IMG/VR virus record: IMGVR_UViG_3300011115_000233
Coordinates: 462-64,461 of that record
DNA from: a virus
Taxonomy: Duplodnaviria; Caudoviricetes
Length of the DNA: 64,000 bases
Strand: one strand, 5' to 3'
Part shown: positions 1-9,613 of the stretch, one piece after another
Position numbering within the stretch: position 1 is the first letter of the stretch
Layout of the letters: every line of letters starts with the position of its first letter
The notes under the pieces: generated by a model
The model's database searches: none
What the model was told of the DNA's origin: nothing
The model's input: the letters and a program-made list of their open reading frames with translations, nothing else
Made by a program: the position numbers and the translations under genes

Positions 1-772
1 AGTAGCCAGCGCCATTGCGAATATTCATCACAAGGTCGTTATCGAAGTTGTCGAACCACCAGTCCCGTTGCGGGAGCAGAAGTGGCTTGCCTTTAGTACC
101 CACACCCCAAGCACTTGGAGGAGGTGCAGTAGGTGTAGCAGGAATATACCCGCCCCATGGGCCGACACCCCAACCATAACCACCTACAGCGATGGGGTTT
201 CCCGGCGAAATTTCAAACTGCACGGTGTACCCATCGCCACTTACAGAGGTAGGCGCTGTAGAAGTTGCCGTTGTCGTTGTGGTAAACGTAAAGGAATTAA
301 GCCCGGTTACCGTGACTTCGTGTATACCGTTAAGCTCCGCGATTGGAATGTCGCCAATGGGCACAGTGAAGCCAGCAATCTTTACCAGTTCGCCAGTGCT
401 AATGTATTCAAGGATTGCTGTCCCCGTGGTCACTGTAACTACCTTGGTACCACTTGCTGTTGCAAATGTGTTCGACCCACTCAGCGCCGTGTTGAACGGG
501 GTGATGTCGTAATAGTTACCACCAGCTTCGATGTAGACGCGCTCATTCGTACCCAGTGCGAGGAAGTTGTCGCTATAGGTCGTTATCCAATTCCACATCT
601 GGCGGCACACGCCGATGAATGCAGCAGGCGCAGCTTTTGTCCAGCCACCGATCTTCTGCGGGTAGCCGGAACGAAACCTGATCTTGTCGCACTCATACCA
701 GCCACCCTCGTTGGAGTAGTCAGTCTGGTCGCGGTTCACACCGGGCTTAAACTGGAGCTTGATAAACGGCAT
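1..772 (-). CDS. Tail/packaged-DNA stabilisation protein (P22 gp10-like), N-terminal part; runs off the window start
   Basis: Not in ORF track. ATG at 772 reads MPFIKLQFKPGVNRDQTDYSNEGGWYECDKIRFRSGYPQKIGGW... and ends ...RDWWFDNFDNDLVMNIRNGAGY at base 1, motifs typical of this podovirus family. The C-terminal part is at 63117-64000. Confidence 0.75.
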   Translation of the reverse strand, partial: MPFIKLQFKPGVNRDQTDYSNEGGWYECDKIRFRSGYPQKIGGWTKAAPAAFIGVCRQMWNWITTYSDNFLALGTNERVYIEAGGNYYDITPFNTALSGSNTFATASGTKVVTVTTGTAILEYISTGELVKIAGFTVPIGDIPIAELNGIHEVTVTGLNSFTFTTTTTATSTAPTSVSGDGYTVQFEISPGNPIAVGGYGWGVGPWGGYIPATPTAPPPSAWGVGTKGKPLLLPQRDWWFDNFDNDLVMNIRNGAGY

Positions 773-785
773 CAGCTATTTACCC

Positions 786-1400
786 CTAGGTATACGCAAA
801 TGTGATTTGGCCAGCAGCGCCTGCACCACCAGCACCTGATGTTTGACTACCTGAACCACCACCACCGGGTGCTGTACCAGCTACACCTGCGCCACCACCT
901 GTACCACCTGCTCCACCTCCGGGGGAAGCGCCAGCGCCACCCGCACCACCGCCCGCTGAGTTAGTGCCAGCGGTGCCTGTGGTATTTGTGTCGCCGCCAG
1001 CTCCAGTCCCGCCAACACCAGCAACGCCACCTGAGAAGCCATTCAGACCGGGACCGCCGCCGCCAGCATTTAGTGAGAAGGTGGTTCCAAATGTTCCATT
1101 TGATGAAGTGCTTGCGTTGCCCGCCCCTCCAGAGGAAGCGCTTGCAGCAACTGCGTAGTTAAGCGTCAGCCCCCCGCTACCAGCAACCGAAATAGTTTTT
1201 TCAACACGTGCGCCACCGCCACCGCCGCCGCCGCCGCCACCCGCATACGCACCGCCGCCGCCACCGCCGCCCCAGAGCGTCACGACAACCTGAGTTGCGC
1301 CCGATGGGATAGTGTCAGTGCCGCTGCCGGAGTTGTAAGTGTTCGTGACCGGTACAAAACTTGATCCCGCCGCCAGCAAAGCCATTTGAATACCGCTCAT
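786..1400 (-). CDS. Glycine-rich virion/fibre-associated protein
   Basis: Likely start MSGIQM at 1400, coupled to the upstream stop; VTLWGGGGGGG and many Gly runs, typical glycine-rich phage domain. Confidence 0.7.
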   Translation of the reverse strand: MSGIQMALLAAGSSFVPVTNTYNSGSGTDTIPSGATQVVVTLWGGGGGGGAYAGGGGGGGGGGARVEKTISVAGSGGLTLNYAVAASASSGGAGNASTSSNGTFGTTFSLNAGGGGPGLNGFSGGVAGVGGTGAGGDTNTTGTAGTNSAGGGAGGAGASPGGGAGGTGGGAGVAGTAPGGGGSGSQTSGAGGAGAAGQITFAYT

Positions 1401-2860
1401 TATGCCAAACCTCCGCCAGAAATTACGCAATCTGTTGCGCTATTAAACCAAATAGTAGCCATACCCCGCTGGGTTAGCGTCCTGTCACCCGTCGTAGCAG
1501 TGCCGACTTTGTACATGGTCAAGCCTGACCCCTGCGTGATTGTGATAGTTGAACCGCTGTTATTATAGATCGAGACCGCATCCCCACCCGCAAAGATAGA
1601 AGCAGGGATGGCGATGTTGGCAGAAACAGCAATGCACTTACCAACGTCAGCTATGTTAGCCGTGGTAGTCGTCGTAGAGCGTGGGATGCTCCGGTAGCCG
1701 ATAAGGACGCTGTTAATTGTAGCCGAAGCATTTACCGAAGTGATGTCACCACCCAGCGTCAGGCTACCTGTAGTAGTAACCGTGCCAGTAAGCGTAAGGC
1801 CGTTGACCGAACCTGTACCGTCAACCTGCGAGACTGTACCTGAGGACGAAGCAGATGACCAGATAGGTGCAGCGCCAGACCCCTGTGAAGTGAGGACCTG
1901 ACCAGTGGTGCCGAAGTTTGAACCGCCGACGCCAAATGCTCCCGTAGTGTTAAACCGAAGGCGTTCAGCATTGCTCGACCCAAGAAGAAGGGACCCTGCG
2001 GATGCCTGAATGAAGCCCTGCGCGCTGCTACCAGTGCTGGTGTACAGAGACACCTTACAGTCTGTAGTGCTGCTCTCAATAAGGGCAGGTACAGAACTTG
2101 CAGAAAGCACGGAAAATGTACGGGCAGGAGTAGGCGTTCCGACCCCTACGCTGCCGCCACCACGGGCCAAATATACGTTACCGCTGGTTATCGCCAAGTC
2201 CGCGCCATTGTCCGACTGGATTTGACCGTTGCCCGAGGTGGTTGTGCTGCCGATCAGGAGTTCGCCTACCGCCGTAAGCCGCATTTTCTCTACGTTGTTG
2301 GTAGCAAAGAGCATGGGGTATGCACCGATACTCGCCAGATACGGCGAGTTGGACGTAACTTGTAGCTTTAACTCGCCAGTACCGCCGGTTACCGAAACAT
2401 AGTTAGTTGCCGAAACAGAGTTGGCAGCGACTGCACCAGCAACCGAAAGCGACGTAAGGGCAGTCACTACATCGACGACATTGGTGCCGTTTGCGTAGAC
2501 CCACATGGTCTTGCCAGTAGGGACAGCGATGCCAGTACCCGTGGGGTGTTTTACCGTTATTGTTCCGCTAGTGGCGTTGTTGATGATATACGGCTTACCC
2601 CCCGTAATGACTGGGACAATAAGGTTAAACCCACCGGTACCAGTTAGGTTAAGGCGTAGGTAGCGAGCATCCTGCGCAGCGTTGGTATTCGTCCAGTCAA
2701 GAGTACGGTCAGCAGTGGTAAACGCAATATTAACCGAGCTAGCTATAGCTGCGCCCAGTGCTGCGCCGATATTAGTGTTAGTGACGTTACCCCATGTGGT
2801 CGCATTCTGGCCTGTCACCATAAGTTCGATTTTGAGGTCACTATAATTGCTGTCTGCCAT
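1400..2860 (-). CDS. Tail fibre protein
   Basis: 486 aa; N-terminal 'SDLKIELMVTGQNATTWG' anchor, 'NNVEKMRL/NAERLRF' repeats, 'GQVLTSQGSGAAPIW', C-terminal fibre domain. Confidence 0.75.
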   Translation of the reverse strand: MADSNYSDLKIELMVTGQNATTWGNVTNTNIGAALGAAIASSVNIAFTTADRTLDWTNTNAAQDARYLRLNLTGTGGFNLIVPVITGGKPYIINNATSGTITVKHPTGTGIAVPTGKTMWVYANGTNVVDVVTALTSLSVAGAVAANSVSATNYVSVTGGTGELKLQVTSNSPYLASIGAYPMLFATNNVEKMRLTAVGELLIGSTTTSGNGQIQSDNGADLAITSGNVYLARGGGSVGVGTPTPARTFSVLSASSVPALIESSTTDCKVSLYTSTGSSAQGFIQASAGSLLLGSSNAERLRFNTTGAFGVGGSNFGTTGQVLTSQGSGAAPIWSSASSSGTVSQVDGTGSVNGLTLTGTVTTTGSLTLGGDITSVNASATINSVLIGYRSIPRSTTTTTANIADVGKCIAVSANIAIPASIFAGGDAVSIYNNSGSTITITQGSGLTMYKVGTATTGDRTLTQRGMATIWFNSATDCVISGGGLA

Positions 2861-2874
2861 ATTTCGTTTCCAGT

Positions 2875-4536
2875 CTAAGAGCTGTTAACAGCCTGCCATA
2901 CCGGCGTTTGTGCATCATCTATATCAGACCATGTACCTGTTTGGCTATCATTAACCGCTTGCCAATTCGGGCTTTGCGTGGGGACGACTGGGGACCATTT
3001 AGGTACCTCTACATTGCCGATGTTTCCGGTCGCTGCTACACCTGTAACTGCAAGGATAACTTTGCCGCTGACGGTAACAGTGCCGACAGATGCAGCCGCA
3101 GAAACACCCGTTACCGACGTAAACTTACCTGTGACTACCTCCGCAGTACCTATATTTCCAGCAGCAGAAACACCCGTCACAGGGACAAATGTACCTTGGG
3201 CGATAACGTTTCCGGCAGCACCATCCGCAGATACACCTGTTACTGCTACAAACTTACCTGCAACAACACCTACAGTGCCAGCGCTACCAGTGGCAGGAAC
3301 ACCTGTCACAGAAACGGATTGCGAGAATATAACCGTGCCTACATAGCCCGTGGCTGATACACCAGTTACTACTGCTTCATACCGTTGAGGTGTTTCGACC
3401 CCTGAGAAGGGCACGACTGAGAAGCCAGAGAAGCCGAAGAGGCTCCCATTATATGTATTGCCTACACTCTCATTAACATCCCCAATGTAGCCGGTAGCCG
3501 AAACACCCGTAAGGTAGACGGCCTCTGTTGAAGTTCCGACCGTACCTACATAGCCAGTGGCTGACACGCCGGTTACTACGACGCCCTGACGGGGAGTAAT
3601 CTCTGCTCCAGCAAATGGGGCTGACGAAAAGCCTGAGAACCCAAATAGGTCTAGGCCACTTGCGTTGCTTACGGCTTCAGAAACATCACCGATATAACCG
3701 GTAGCCGATACACCAGTGACACTTACCCCCACATTCGGGAGTAGGATTGTACCGACAGAACCAGTGGCTGACACGCCATCGACTGAAACATTCAGGCGTT
3801 GAGCAATCTCTGCCCCGGCAAAGGGAGCCACGGAAAAGCCCGAGAACCCGAATAGGTCAAGGCCACTTGCGTTGCTTACACTCTCACTGACGTCCCCGAT
3901 ATAGCCGGTAGCTGAAACCCCGGTGACATTTACCCCATTACTAGGAATTATAACTGTTACTGTGCCAGTAGAACCAGTGGCTGTTACTCCTGTTGGGGAT
4001 ACGTTAGCTTTAGCTGAAACCGTAGCTGTGCCAATGGAACCAGTGGCTGAGACGTCCGTGACAAACACAGTCTCAACAGAGGTCCTAACAGTGCCAACTG
4101 CACCTGTGGCAGATACACCCGTAACGCTTACATTCGCATTTCCCGGAGGTGCAGTTTCAATCCCAGAGAATGGCACAACTGAGAAGCCAGAGAAGCCGAA
4201 GAAGTCTGTGTTGCTGGAGTTACCTACAGATAGCGTAATACTCTCAATAGCACCGGAAGCAGAAACGCCAGTGACAGCGTAGCTGGACTTGAATGTAGGT
4301 GTGCCGACAGAGCCAGTGGCTGAGACACCAGTGACCGATACGGGGATGACTAGCTGGGCCGTTACAGTCCCGATAGAACCAGTGGCAGAGACACCAGTAA
4401 TAGCAAACGAAGTTGGTATAGAAGCAACTACGGTGCCAATGGAACCAGTGGCTGAGACGTCCGTGACGCTTACGTTCTGGCGGGTTTCGGTAGTAGCACT
4501 GAAGGGTATCGTGGAGAGAGGGGTAAAACCGAACAT
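2875..4536 (-). CDS. Repetitive structural fibre protein (VTGVSATG and FGFSGFSxxPF repeats)
   Basis: 553 aa with ~20 VTGVSATGxxGTV units and 5 FGF..PF units. Confidence 0.65.
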   Translation of the reverse strand: MFGFTPLSTIPFSATTETRQNVSVTDVSATGSIGTVVASIPTSFAITGVSATGSIGTVTAQLVIPVSVTGVSATGSVGTPTFKSSYAVTGVSASGAIESITLSVGNSSNTDFFGFSGFSVVPFSGIETAPPGNANVSVTGVSATGAVGTVRTSVETVFVTDVSATGSIGTATVSAKANVSPTGVTATGSTGTVTVIIPSNGVNVTGVSATGYIGDVSESVSNASGLDLFGFSGFSVAPFAGAEIAQRLNVSVDGVSATGSVGTILLPNVGVSVTGVSATGYIGDVSEAVSNASGLDLFGFSGFSSAPFAGAEITPRQGVVVTGVSATGYVGTVGTSTEAVYLTGVSATGYIGDVNESVGNTYNGSLFGFSGFSVVPFSGVETPQRYEAVVTGVSATGYVGTVIFSQSVSVTGVPATGSAGTVGVVAGKFVAVTGVSADGAAGNVIAQGTFVPVTGVSAAGNIGTAEVVTGKFTSVTGVSAAASVGTVTVSGKVILAVTGVAATGNIGNVEVPKWSPVVPTQSPNWQAVNDSQTGTWSDIDDAQTPVWQAVNSS

Positions 4537-4557
4537 ATGTAAGCCCTCCTCTCTACG

Positions 4558-4905
4558 TTATTTTACAGCTACTGCGTCTTCCCATGCTTTAACCGTCAAG
4601 CGATGCTTTACACTACAATCCGTATATTTTGCAATGATATCGGCTTCCCAGATAGAGCGCTCAGGGTCGATTAAAGATATTGGTGGGGCTGGAAGTGTTG
4701 GACACTTCGCCGCTAGGTTTGCCGGTGGAAGCGGCATTGGCGTCACGGATACTGCCTTCGAGCAGCCTGCGCACAGAGTCAGGAGCAGAACAATCAACAG
4801 AAGCGGCAGGTAGCGTTTTATAAATCTCACGAATGGTGTTGATGCGCTCGGTTGCCACGACATCGGCTTGATCGCGTTCCGCTTCGTACGTTTGCGAAAT
4901 ATCAT
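4558..4905 (-). CDS. Outer-membrane spanin (Rz1-like lipoprotein)
   Basis: Hydrophobic stretch plus lipobox-like LCAGC, Pro-rich mature part, overlaps the i-spanin in another frame; true start may be 4863. Confidence 0.75.
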   Translation of the reverse strand: MIFRKRTKRNAIKPMSWQPSASTPFVRFIKRYLPLLLIVLLLTLCAGCSKAVSVTPMPLPPANLAAKCPTLPAPPISLIDPERSIWEADIIAKYTDCSVKHRLTVKAWEDAVAVK

Positions 4906-5068
4906 ATACTACCTCTTGCTTCTTGGCCCGAAGCTTCTCAGCCTTCTCCAGAGCCTTTGCATATGCAGCATCACACTGCCAGTCGCGGACCTTATACCCT
5001 GCGGCTACGCCAACAATAAGAGAGCCTGCCGCCACATACATCACCAAAGGGTTAGGGATCAGGCCCAT
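4661..5068 (-). CDS. Inner-membrane spanin (Rz-like)
   Basis: N-terminal TM helix then coiled coil, directly after the endolysin. Confidence 0.75.
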   Translation of the reverse strand: MGLIPNPLVMYVAAGSLIVGVAAGYKVRDWQCDAAYAKALEKAEKLRAKKQEVVYDISQTYEAERDQADVVATERINTIREIYKTLPAASVDCSAPDSVRRLLEGSIRDANAASTGKPSGEVSNTSSPTNIFNRP

Positions 5069-5670
5069 GTTGCGAACTTGTAGGTCTTGGTGCGCCGGTC
5101 ATCCAGACCATGCGTCCCGCCGTTGATGCGCTTTGTCAGCGCGAGGATGGCAGCGTCGTTGACGCCCTGATCGCAGATGCCCCAGAGTTTGTTCTTGTCG
5201 AAGAACCAGAGTGCGCTCTCAAAGCAGAGTTCGCCAGAAACCAGATCAGGGTTGTCCATGATGTCGGGACGACCGATGTAGTTTGCAAAGGCTTCGTAGT
5301 TGTCCTTGCCGGTCAGTTGGAGCGCGCCGCGCCCACGATACCTCCACCCATCGCCGCTGGACATGTCTCCGTTACCCATGCGATTGGCATAGACGCGGTT
5401 GGCTATTCTCTGTGGCTGGCGCGCACACATCTGCGCTTCCAGATCGGTCCTGAAATACTTGCCAAAGGTGCCGCGCAGGCCCTTGGCGCTGTAGTTAAGG
5501 TTCTCACTGAACGTCTTGAAGCCGCCGCTTTCATGCGCCGTTTGAGCAAAGAAATGCGCAGCCCGAGAAGGCGACAGCTTATAGAAAGACGCAGCGCGCT
5601 TATACGTGCCCGGACCAAACGCACCATCTGCCGTCACCCCGATCTTCTGCTGAAGGTTAATCAAGCTCAC
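5059..5670 (-). CDS. Endolysin, glycoside hydrolase family 19
   Basis: FFAQTAHESGGF, ENLNYS, YRGRGALQLTGKDNY and TKRINGGTHGLDDR motifs; N-terminal 'ADGAFGPGT' peptidoglycan-binding-like segment. Confidence 0.92.
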   Translation of the reverse strand: MSLINLQQKIGVTADGAFGPGTYKRAASFYKLSPSRAAHFFAQTAHESGGFKTFSENLNYSAKGLRGTFGKYFRTDLEAQMCARQPQRIANRVYANRMGNGDMSSGDGWRYRGRGALQLTGKDNYEAFANYIGRPDIMDNPDLVSGELCFESALWFFDKNKLWGICDQGVNDAAILALTKRINGGTHGLDDRRTKTYKFATWA

Positions 5671-5831
5671 TTGTCTTTTCCCTTATTCCAAAGCTCAAAG
5701 AGCGTCTTGATCTTTTCCTCAACCACAGCAAGGCGCACGTCCATCTTTGCGAGGATGATCGTCAGCGTAATGAATGCCAGAACGATGGGCCAAAGCTGGC
5801 CAATCAGTTCAACTGTGGAGAGTTCGCCCAT
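5667..5831 (-). CDS. Small single-TM protein, putative holin/lysis accessory (54 aa)
   Basis: Not in track; MGELSTVELIGQLWPIVLAFITLTIILAKMDVRLAVVEEKIKTLFELWNKGKDK, stop overlaps the endolysin start. Confidence 0.55.
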   Translation of the reverse strand: MGELSTVELIGQLWPIVLAFITLTIILAKMDVRLAVVEEKIKTLFELWNKGKDK

Positions 5832-5833
5832 CC

Positions 5834-6289
5834 TTATGCCTCCGGGTTGCGCCAGTCAGGGAAGTCAGCTTGGTCAACCACACCATCGCCGTTTACATCC
5901 CAGCGCAGGTCATGCCGATACTTCTCCCAAGGGGCCATGTCGTCATCGTCTTCGACCGGGGCAGCTACAGGCACAACAGGTTCAGGCTCCAGTTCAGGCG
6001 CAACTTCCGTCAGTTCCAAAGGCTCCTCTTTGTCCCGCGCATTGGCGTTCAGGCTCAAACCTCCAAGAAGACCGACGAACGCGCCGATAACGGTTTGGAA
6101 GGCAGGGTCGATTGTCTGAAGAATAGCAGTGCTATCCACCAACTCATTTGGCACAAAGAGGCCAACAACCAGTGCCAGAACCACCACAAGGATAACAGCG
6201 GAAAGCGTGACGATAGCCACGCGGATTACGAACTCGACGGTATCATTAACGCCGTCAAGTTTGCTTTCGAAGTCGCTCAAAAAACTCAT
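5834..6289 (-). CDS. Two-TM membrane protein with acidic tail and EF-hand/dockerin-like motif
   Basis: Two hydrophobic helices; C-terminal DVNGDGVVDQADF. Confidence 0.6.
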   Translation of the reverse strand: MSFLSDFESKLDGVNDTVEFVIRVAIVTLSAVILVVVLALVVGLFVPNELVDSTAILQTIDPAFQTVIGAFVGLLGGLSLNANARDKEEPLELTEVAPELEPEPVVPVAAPVEDDDDMAPWEKYRHDLRWDVNGDGVVDQADFPDWRNPEA

Positions 6290-6290
6290 A

Positions 6291-7022
6291 TTAGCTTAGT
6301 CCTGATCCAGATACAAACCAAGTGTCCGTGCCAACCTTAAGCCAAGTCGCCAAACCGCGAATAGCAAGCGTACCACCCGATGCCCATGCAGTAGACGTCC
6401 CCGCCTTATAGACCGTTGTTGATGTGGTCGTGAAGGTAATAGCCGTTGTGCCGTTGTTAACGACAGTGACTGAGAACCCGATAGGGAGGGAAACTGATGC
6501 GTTTGTGGGGACCGTAATGGTCTGAGCACCGCTGTTGGTTGAGTAGACATGCTTGCCGCCGTCAGTTGCAGCATACGTCATATTCCCACTCTGCGCGTTC
6601 TGCGGGATGTTCTTATACCCAACAGCGTCGGCAAGATTTGGAGATGTCACAACGCCTGTGGACGACAGCGTGAGGAGGCTGCTGCCAATAGTGATACCGC
6701 CCGTGGTATCAAGATTGATTGACTTACCGGCAGGGTAGGTGACGAAGACGTCCTTGGTACCCGCAGAGAACGTGACGAGCGAACCTGCTGCTGAAGAGGA
6801 AAGCACGGTAGTACGGGACAGCGTGGTGCCAGCAGAGGTGTAAGTACCAATGCCCACTTCCCATTCCGACCCAGCCGTGATGGTGTAGTAGGTGTTGTTA
6901 CCGTTACCGACAGCCGAACCAAAAGTCTGGTACCCAGTAGGCGCAGTGCCGCTAAGGGTGATCGTACCTGTACCAGTTGTCGTCGTTGTGTCTTTGACAC
7001 GATCTGCGAGTACAAATGCCAT
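6291..7022 (-). CDS. Virion fibre-related structural protein
   Basis: 'ADRVKDTTTTTGTGTITL...WEVGIGTY...GTKDVFVTYPA' N-domain; C-terminal domain resembles that of 1400..2860. Confidence 0.65.
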   Translation of the reverse strand: MAFVLADRVKDTTTTTGTGTITLSGTAPTGYQTFGSAVGNGNNTYYTITAGSEWEVGIGTYTSAGTTLSRTTVLSSSAAGSLVTFSAGTKDVFVTYPAGKSINLDTTGGITIGSSLLTLSSTGVVTSPNLADAVGYKNIPQNAQSGNMTYAATDGGKHVYSTNSGAQTITVPTNASVSLPIGFSVTVVNNGTTAITFTTTSTTVYKAGTSTAWASGGTLAIRGLATWLKVGTDTWFVSGSGLS

Positions 7023-7384
7023 TACATTAGGTTCCGTAGTTTGTAGATTGTGGTTAGGTACGTATCAGTAACGCTATCAACTAGATTGCCTACAGCCCGA
7101 TTACCCCGACAAATCTTCTCGTGGTTCTTCTCAATCCAGTCTGCATCTTCAGTTAGGACCAAGAGGATTTCCGAAGCCTTTGTCGGAGTTTTAGGGATCG
7201 TGCCAATCAGTTCAAACGCGCCTTGGTACGCTTCAACCAGCTTATCTATATTGTCGATAACGCCATCGTAGAACTCGCCAAGTGCAATATGCCGCGCATA
7301 AGCACCGACGCCATTGGCCCGCCAGTGCTCAAAATGCGCGAGATTACGAGCGTAAAACACCCGACTGACGAGTTCTTCGATCAT
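7022..7384 (-). CDS. Ferritin/Dps-like four-helix protein (DUF5856-like)
   Basis: AHFEHW...YARHIALGEFYD...DKLVEAYQG...TIYKLRNL pattern. Confidence 0.65.
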   Translation of the reverse strand: MIEELVSRVFYARNLAHFEHWRANGVGAYARHIALGEFYDGVIDNIDKLVEAYQGAFELIGTIPKTPTKASEILLVLTEDADWIEKNHEKICRGNRAVGNLVDSVTDTYLTTIYKLRNLM

Positions 7385-7857
7385 TACGAAATCCGGATGA
7401 TCGCGCTAGTTGCATCGGCTGTCGGGAAGATGATGGTGAAGTCACCCGCCGTCGAGGTCTTGTCCGAGCCGAAGTCCAATGCACATACCGCAGCGTTGGT
7501 CAGCGTAGCACCAGCATTTGAGGTAGCGGAAGGCGTGGTGTTATAGATCAACGCGCCACGGGCCGTGATTGTAGCTGCGGTAAACGTGAGGTCCGAGAAG
7601 TCGGTGAAACCCGTACCCGCTGAAGCGCTTGTGTTAGTCGTACCAACACCGAGACGCGTCAGTGTGCCGCCGCCAGCAGTGTAGTTCGTACCTGTGACTT
7701 CGTTAGTTGCGGTATACGCCGTTGTGTTCGCATCAATCGTAGCCGTGGAAGTATATAGCGCCAGCTTGAAAGTATCACCACTGGTAACCCGGAAATCATG
7801 GACAGCAAGGAGGATTTCCGCCTTAAAGCTGCTGCACATCGCTTGTGTAATAGCCAT
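7384..7857 (-). CDS. Virion structural protein
   Basis: MAITQAMCSSFK...DTFKLALYT...DFSDLTF...TARGALIYN...LDFGSDKTST family; RBS AAGGAGG. Confidence 0.65.
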   Translation of the reverse strand: MAITQAMCSSFKAEILLAVHDFRVTSGDTFKLALYTSTATIDANTTAYTATNEVTGTNYTAGGGTLTRLGVGTTNTSASAGTGFTDFSDLTFTAATITARGALIYNTTPSATSNAGATLTNAAVCALDFGSDKTSTAGDFTIIFPTADATSAIIRIS

Positions 7858-7867
7858 TATGGCCTCC

Positions 7868-8152
7868 TTACGTGTTTAGGATCGGGATCAACTCTGGATG
7901 CCCCGCCTGAGTGAATTTATTGACCAGAGTGACGTTATTAGACCGGATAGCCTCGTGCATGTAATGAACTAGCACCTGACGGATGTTGTCTTTGAAGGCT
8001 TCGGCCTGATCGCGGATAGCCGGATGCGTCTGGCTACCCACGTAGATGATTTTGTCGAGAGCGCGCTCAGCGATTTCTTCAGGCGTAAACCCACGGTGGT
8101 CCGTGGTCATAACCTTAACGCTGCCGATATCACCCATTGCTAAGTCTAACAT
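7868..8152 (-). CDS. Hypothetical phage protein
   Basis: 94 aa ORF in late operon (RGFTPEEIAERALDKII...IRDQAEAFK). Confidence 0.6.
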   Translation of the reverse strand: MLDLAMGDIGSVKVMTTDHRGFTPEEIAERALDKIIYVGSQTHPAIRDQAEAFKDNIRQVLVHYMHEAIRSNNVTLVNKFTQAGHPELIPILNT

Positions 8153-8153
8153 A

Positions 8154-8837
8154 TTACCTCACTGGGTACCGGGCCTGTGGAGTCCGGTACATGTCCTGAC
8201 GGTTCTTACCTTCACCAAGCTGTTTCAGCATAGCCAATGCTTCGCCATACCGCTGCTGGTAATTGTTAATAACGTCCTGTTCGCCCTTCATGAATGTATA
8301 CGCTTCAAGCAACGATCCGTAAAGTAGGACGCTATCGAAATTGTCCCCAAGCCATGTCGTACCAGCAGTTACAATCGACTCTGGATAATAGAAGTAGTGT
8401 AGCTCAACCCCGTAGCTCGAATCCGGTGTAGGACCAAGGATATACGAGTTCTGGTCAAAGAACGCATAATGAGTAGGGAGGCCCGTGACGCTTGGGTTCG
8501 GGAATGACTCGCGGATGAAGTTTACATCCTTGTCGAGCAGGTAGTGGTATTTCCCATCTGTATCAATCACAGCTATCGAGAAGTTGGCAAGCCAGTCTGA
8601 TGGTACCGAGAGATACTTATTCCCGGAGGTCAACGCCCCTGTAACGTTTTTGCGTAGGTCCAGAAGCTGGACCATGTTGAAGATGCGCTGCTCTGCCTGC
8701 TCAATGAACGTATTGATCTGTTCGGTAGACGTAAGCGTCACGGTCGCTGGTAACCCGGCAGGGGCACCCCACGTAGTATCGGGGAAGTCGTTTTCGACGT
8801 ACCCTTTAATGGTCTCGAACAGAGTAGCGTAGTTCAT
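8154..8837 (-). CDS. Head-tail adaptor / tail tubular A-like protein
   Basis: 227 aa; FIEQAEQRI, GPTPD..Y.VELHY, LLYGSLLEAY.FMKG motifs. Confidence 0.6.
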   Translation of the reverse strand: MNYATLFETIKGYVENDFPDTTWGAPAGLPATVTLTSTEQINTFIEQAEQRIFNMVQLLDLRKNVTGALTSGNKYLSVPSDWLANFSIAVIDTDGKYHYLLDKDVNFIRESFPNPSVTGLPTHYAFFDQNSYILGPTPDSSYGVELHYFYYPESIVTAGTTWLGDNFDSVLLYGSLLEAYTFMKGEQDVINNYQQRYGEALAMLKQLGEGKNRQDMYRTPQARYPVR

Positions 8838-9040
8838 TAGCCCATCTTCGTGCTGCTGCTGTTCCCACGGGTGGTGTTCTTAGTACCACGGGTACGCAGC
8901 GTTTGAGTGTTGGCGATCTTGTTCGGATAGCCGTTGTTGCCTAGATTAGCCTGCGTGTAGTCCATGGGCTGCTTTGCACGCGACGGCAGCGGGTTTTCAC
9001 CAGCGCCGAGAAACGGCCACGTTGCAGTATCATTAGCCAT
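8837..9040 (-). CDS. Small hypothetical protein
   Basis: 67 aa, translationally coupled to neighbours. Confidence 0.55.
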   Translation of the reverse strand: MANDTATWPFLGAGENPLPSRAKQPMDYTQANLGNNGYPNKIANTQTLRTRGTKNTTRGNSSSTKMG

Positions 9041-9161
9041 TTTTCACCACCTTTACTTCGTTCTTAGGAACCGAGCGCACGGGGCGCTTTTGGTTTGCAA
9101 CCTTAGCAAGATTGCGTCCCAGCTTGAGCATCTGCTCGTTGGTCTTACCACCCTTAGCCAT
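9033..9161 (-). CDS. Small basic protein (42 aa, MAKGG...)
   Basis: Not in track; RBS AGGAG; MAKGGKTNEQMLKLGRNLAKVANQKRPVRSVPKNEVKVVKNG fills the gap between ORFs. Confidence 0.6.
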   Translation of the reverse strand: MAKGGKTNEQMLKLGRNLAKVANQKRPVRSVPKNEVKVVKNG

Positions 9162-9170
9162 AACTTACTC

Positions 9171-9605
9171 CTATGTATCTACCGTTACCGTACCTACACT
9201 ACCTGTAGCTAATAGCGTATTTGGGAGGTCAGGCAAAGCTAAAGCGTTATTAAGCCCGACAGGTGCCCACCCCCACTGGATAATGCGGCTACCGTCAGAC
9301 GGTGTACCGAAGGCCAGCGAGTTACTTGATGGCACTTCCCCACGGATTAGCACCTTAAGCCCAGTCATACCTGCTTGCCAATAACTGACGTCAGGGCGTG
9401 GGTTACGCAGTGCCTGCGGGTCATCGACCGGGTACATACCGATCTGAAGCTGCGGCTGGTCAGGCTCCCAACAAGTCGGGCATACGAGGATATTCGTACT
9501 CTTGGTCTTGATGGTGAGCTTCTTAAGCTGCTTGAGTTTATACCTGAAGCCACAGCGATCACATTCCGCAATGGCCTTTTTACCTGAAGCATACGGATTG
9601 GGCAT
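9171..9605 (-). CDS. Zn-ribbon-containing phage protein
   Basis: CDRC...CPTC; RBS AGGAGG. Confidence 0.65.
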   Translation of the reverse strand: MPNPYASGKKAIAECDRCGFRYKLKQLKKLTIKTKSTNILVCPTCWEPDQPQLQIGMYPVDDPQALRNPRPDVSYWQAGMTGLKVLIRGEVPSSNSLAFGTPSDGSRIIQWGWAPVGLNNALALPDLPNTLLATGSVGTVTVDT

Positions 9606-9613
9606 CGTACCTC

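Noticed and set aside
3400-4260. Diversity-generating retroelement TR/VR pair in repeated fibre segments
   Set aside because: Repeats are in-frame protein repeats differing mainly at synonymous positions, not adenine-specific; no reverse transcriptase motif seen.
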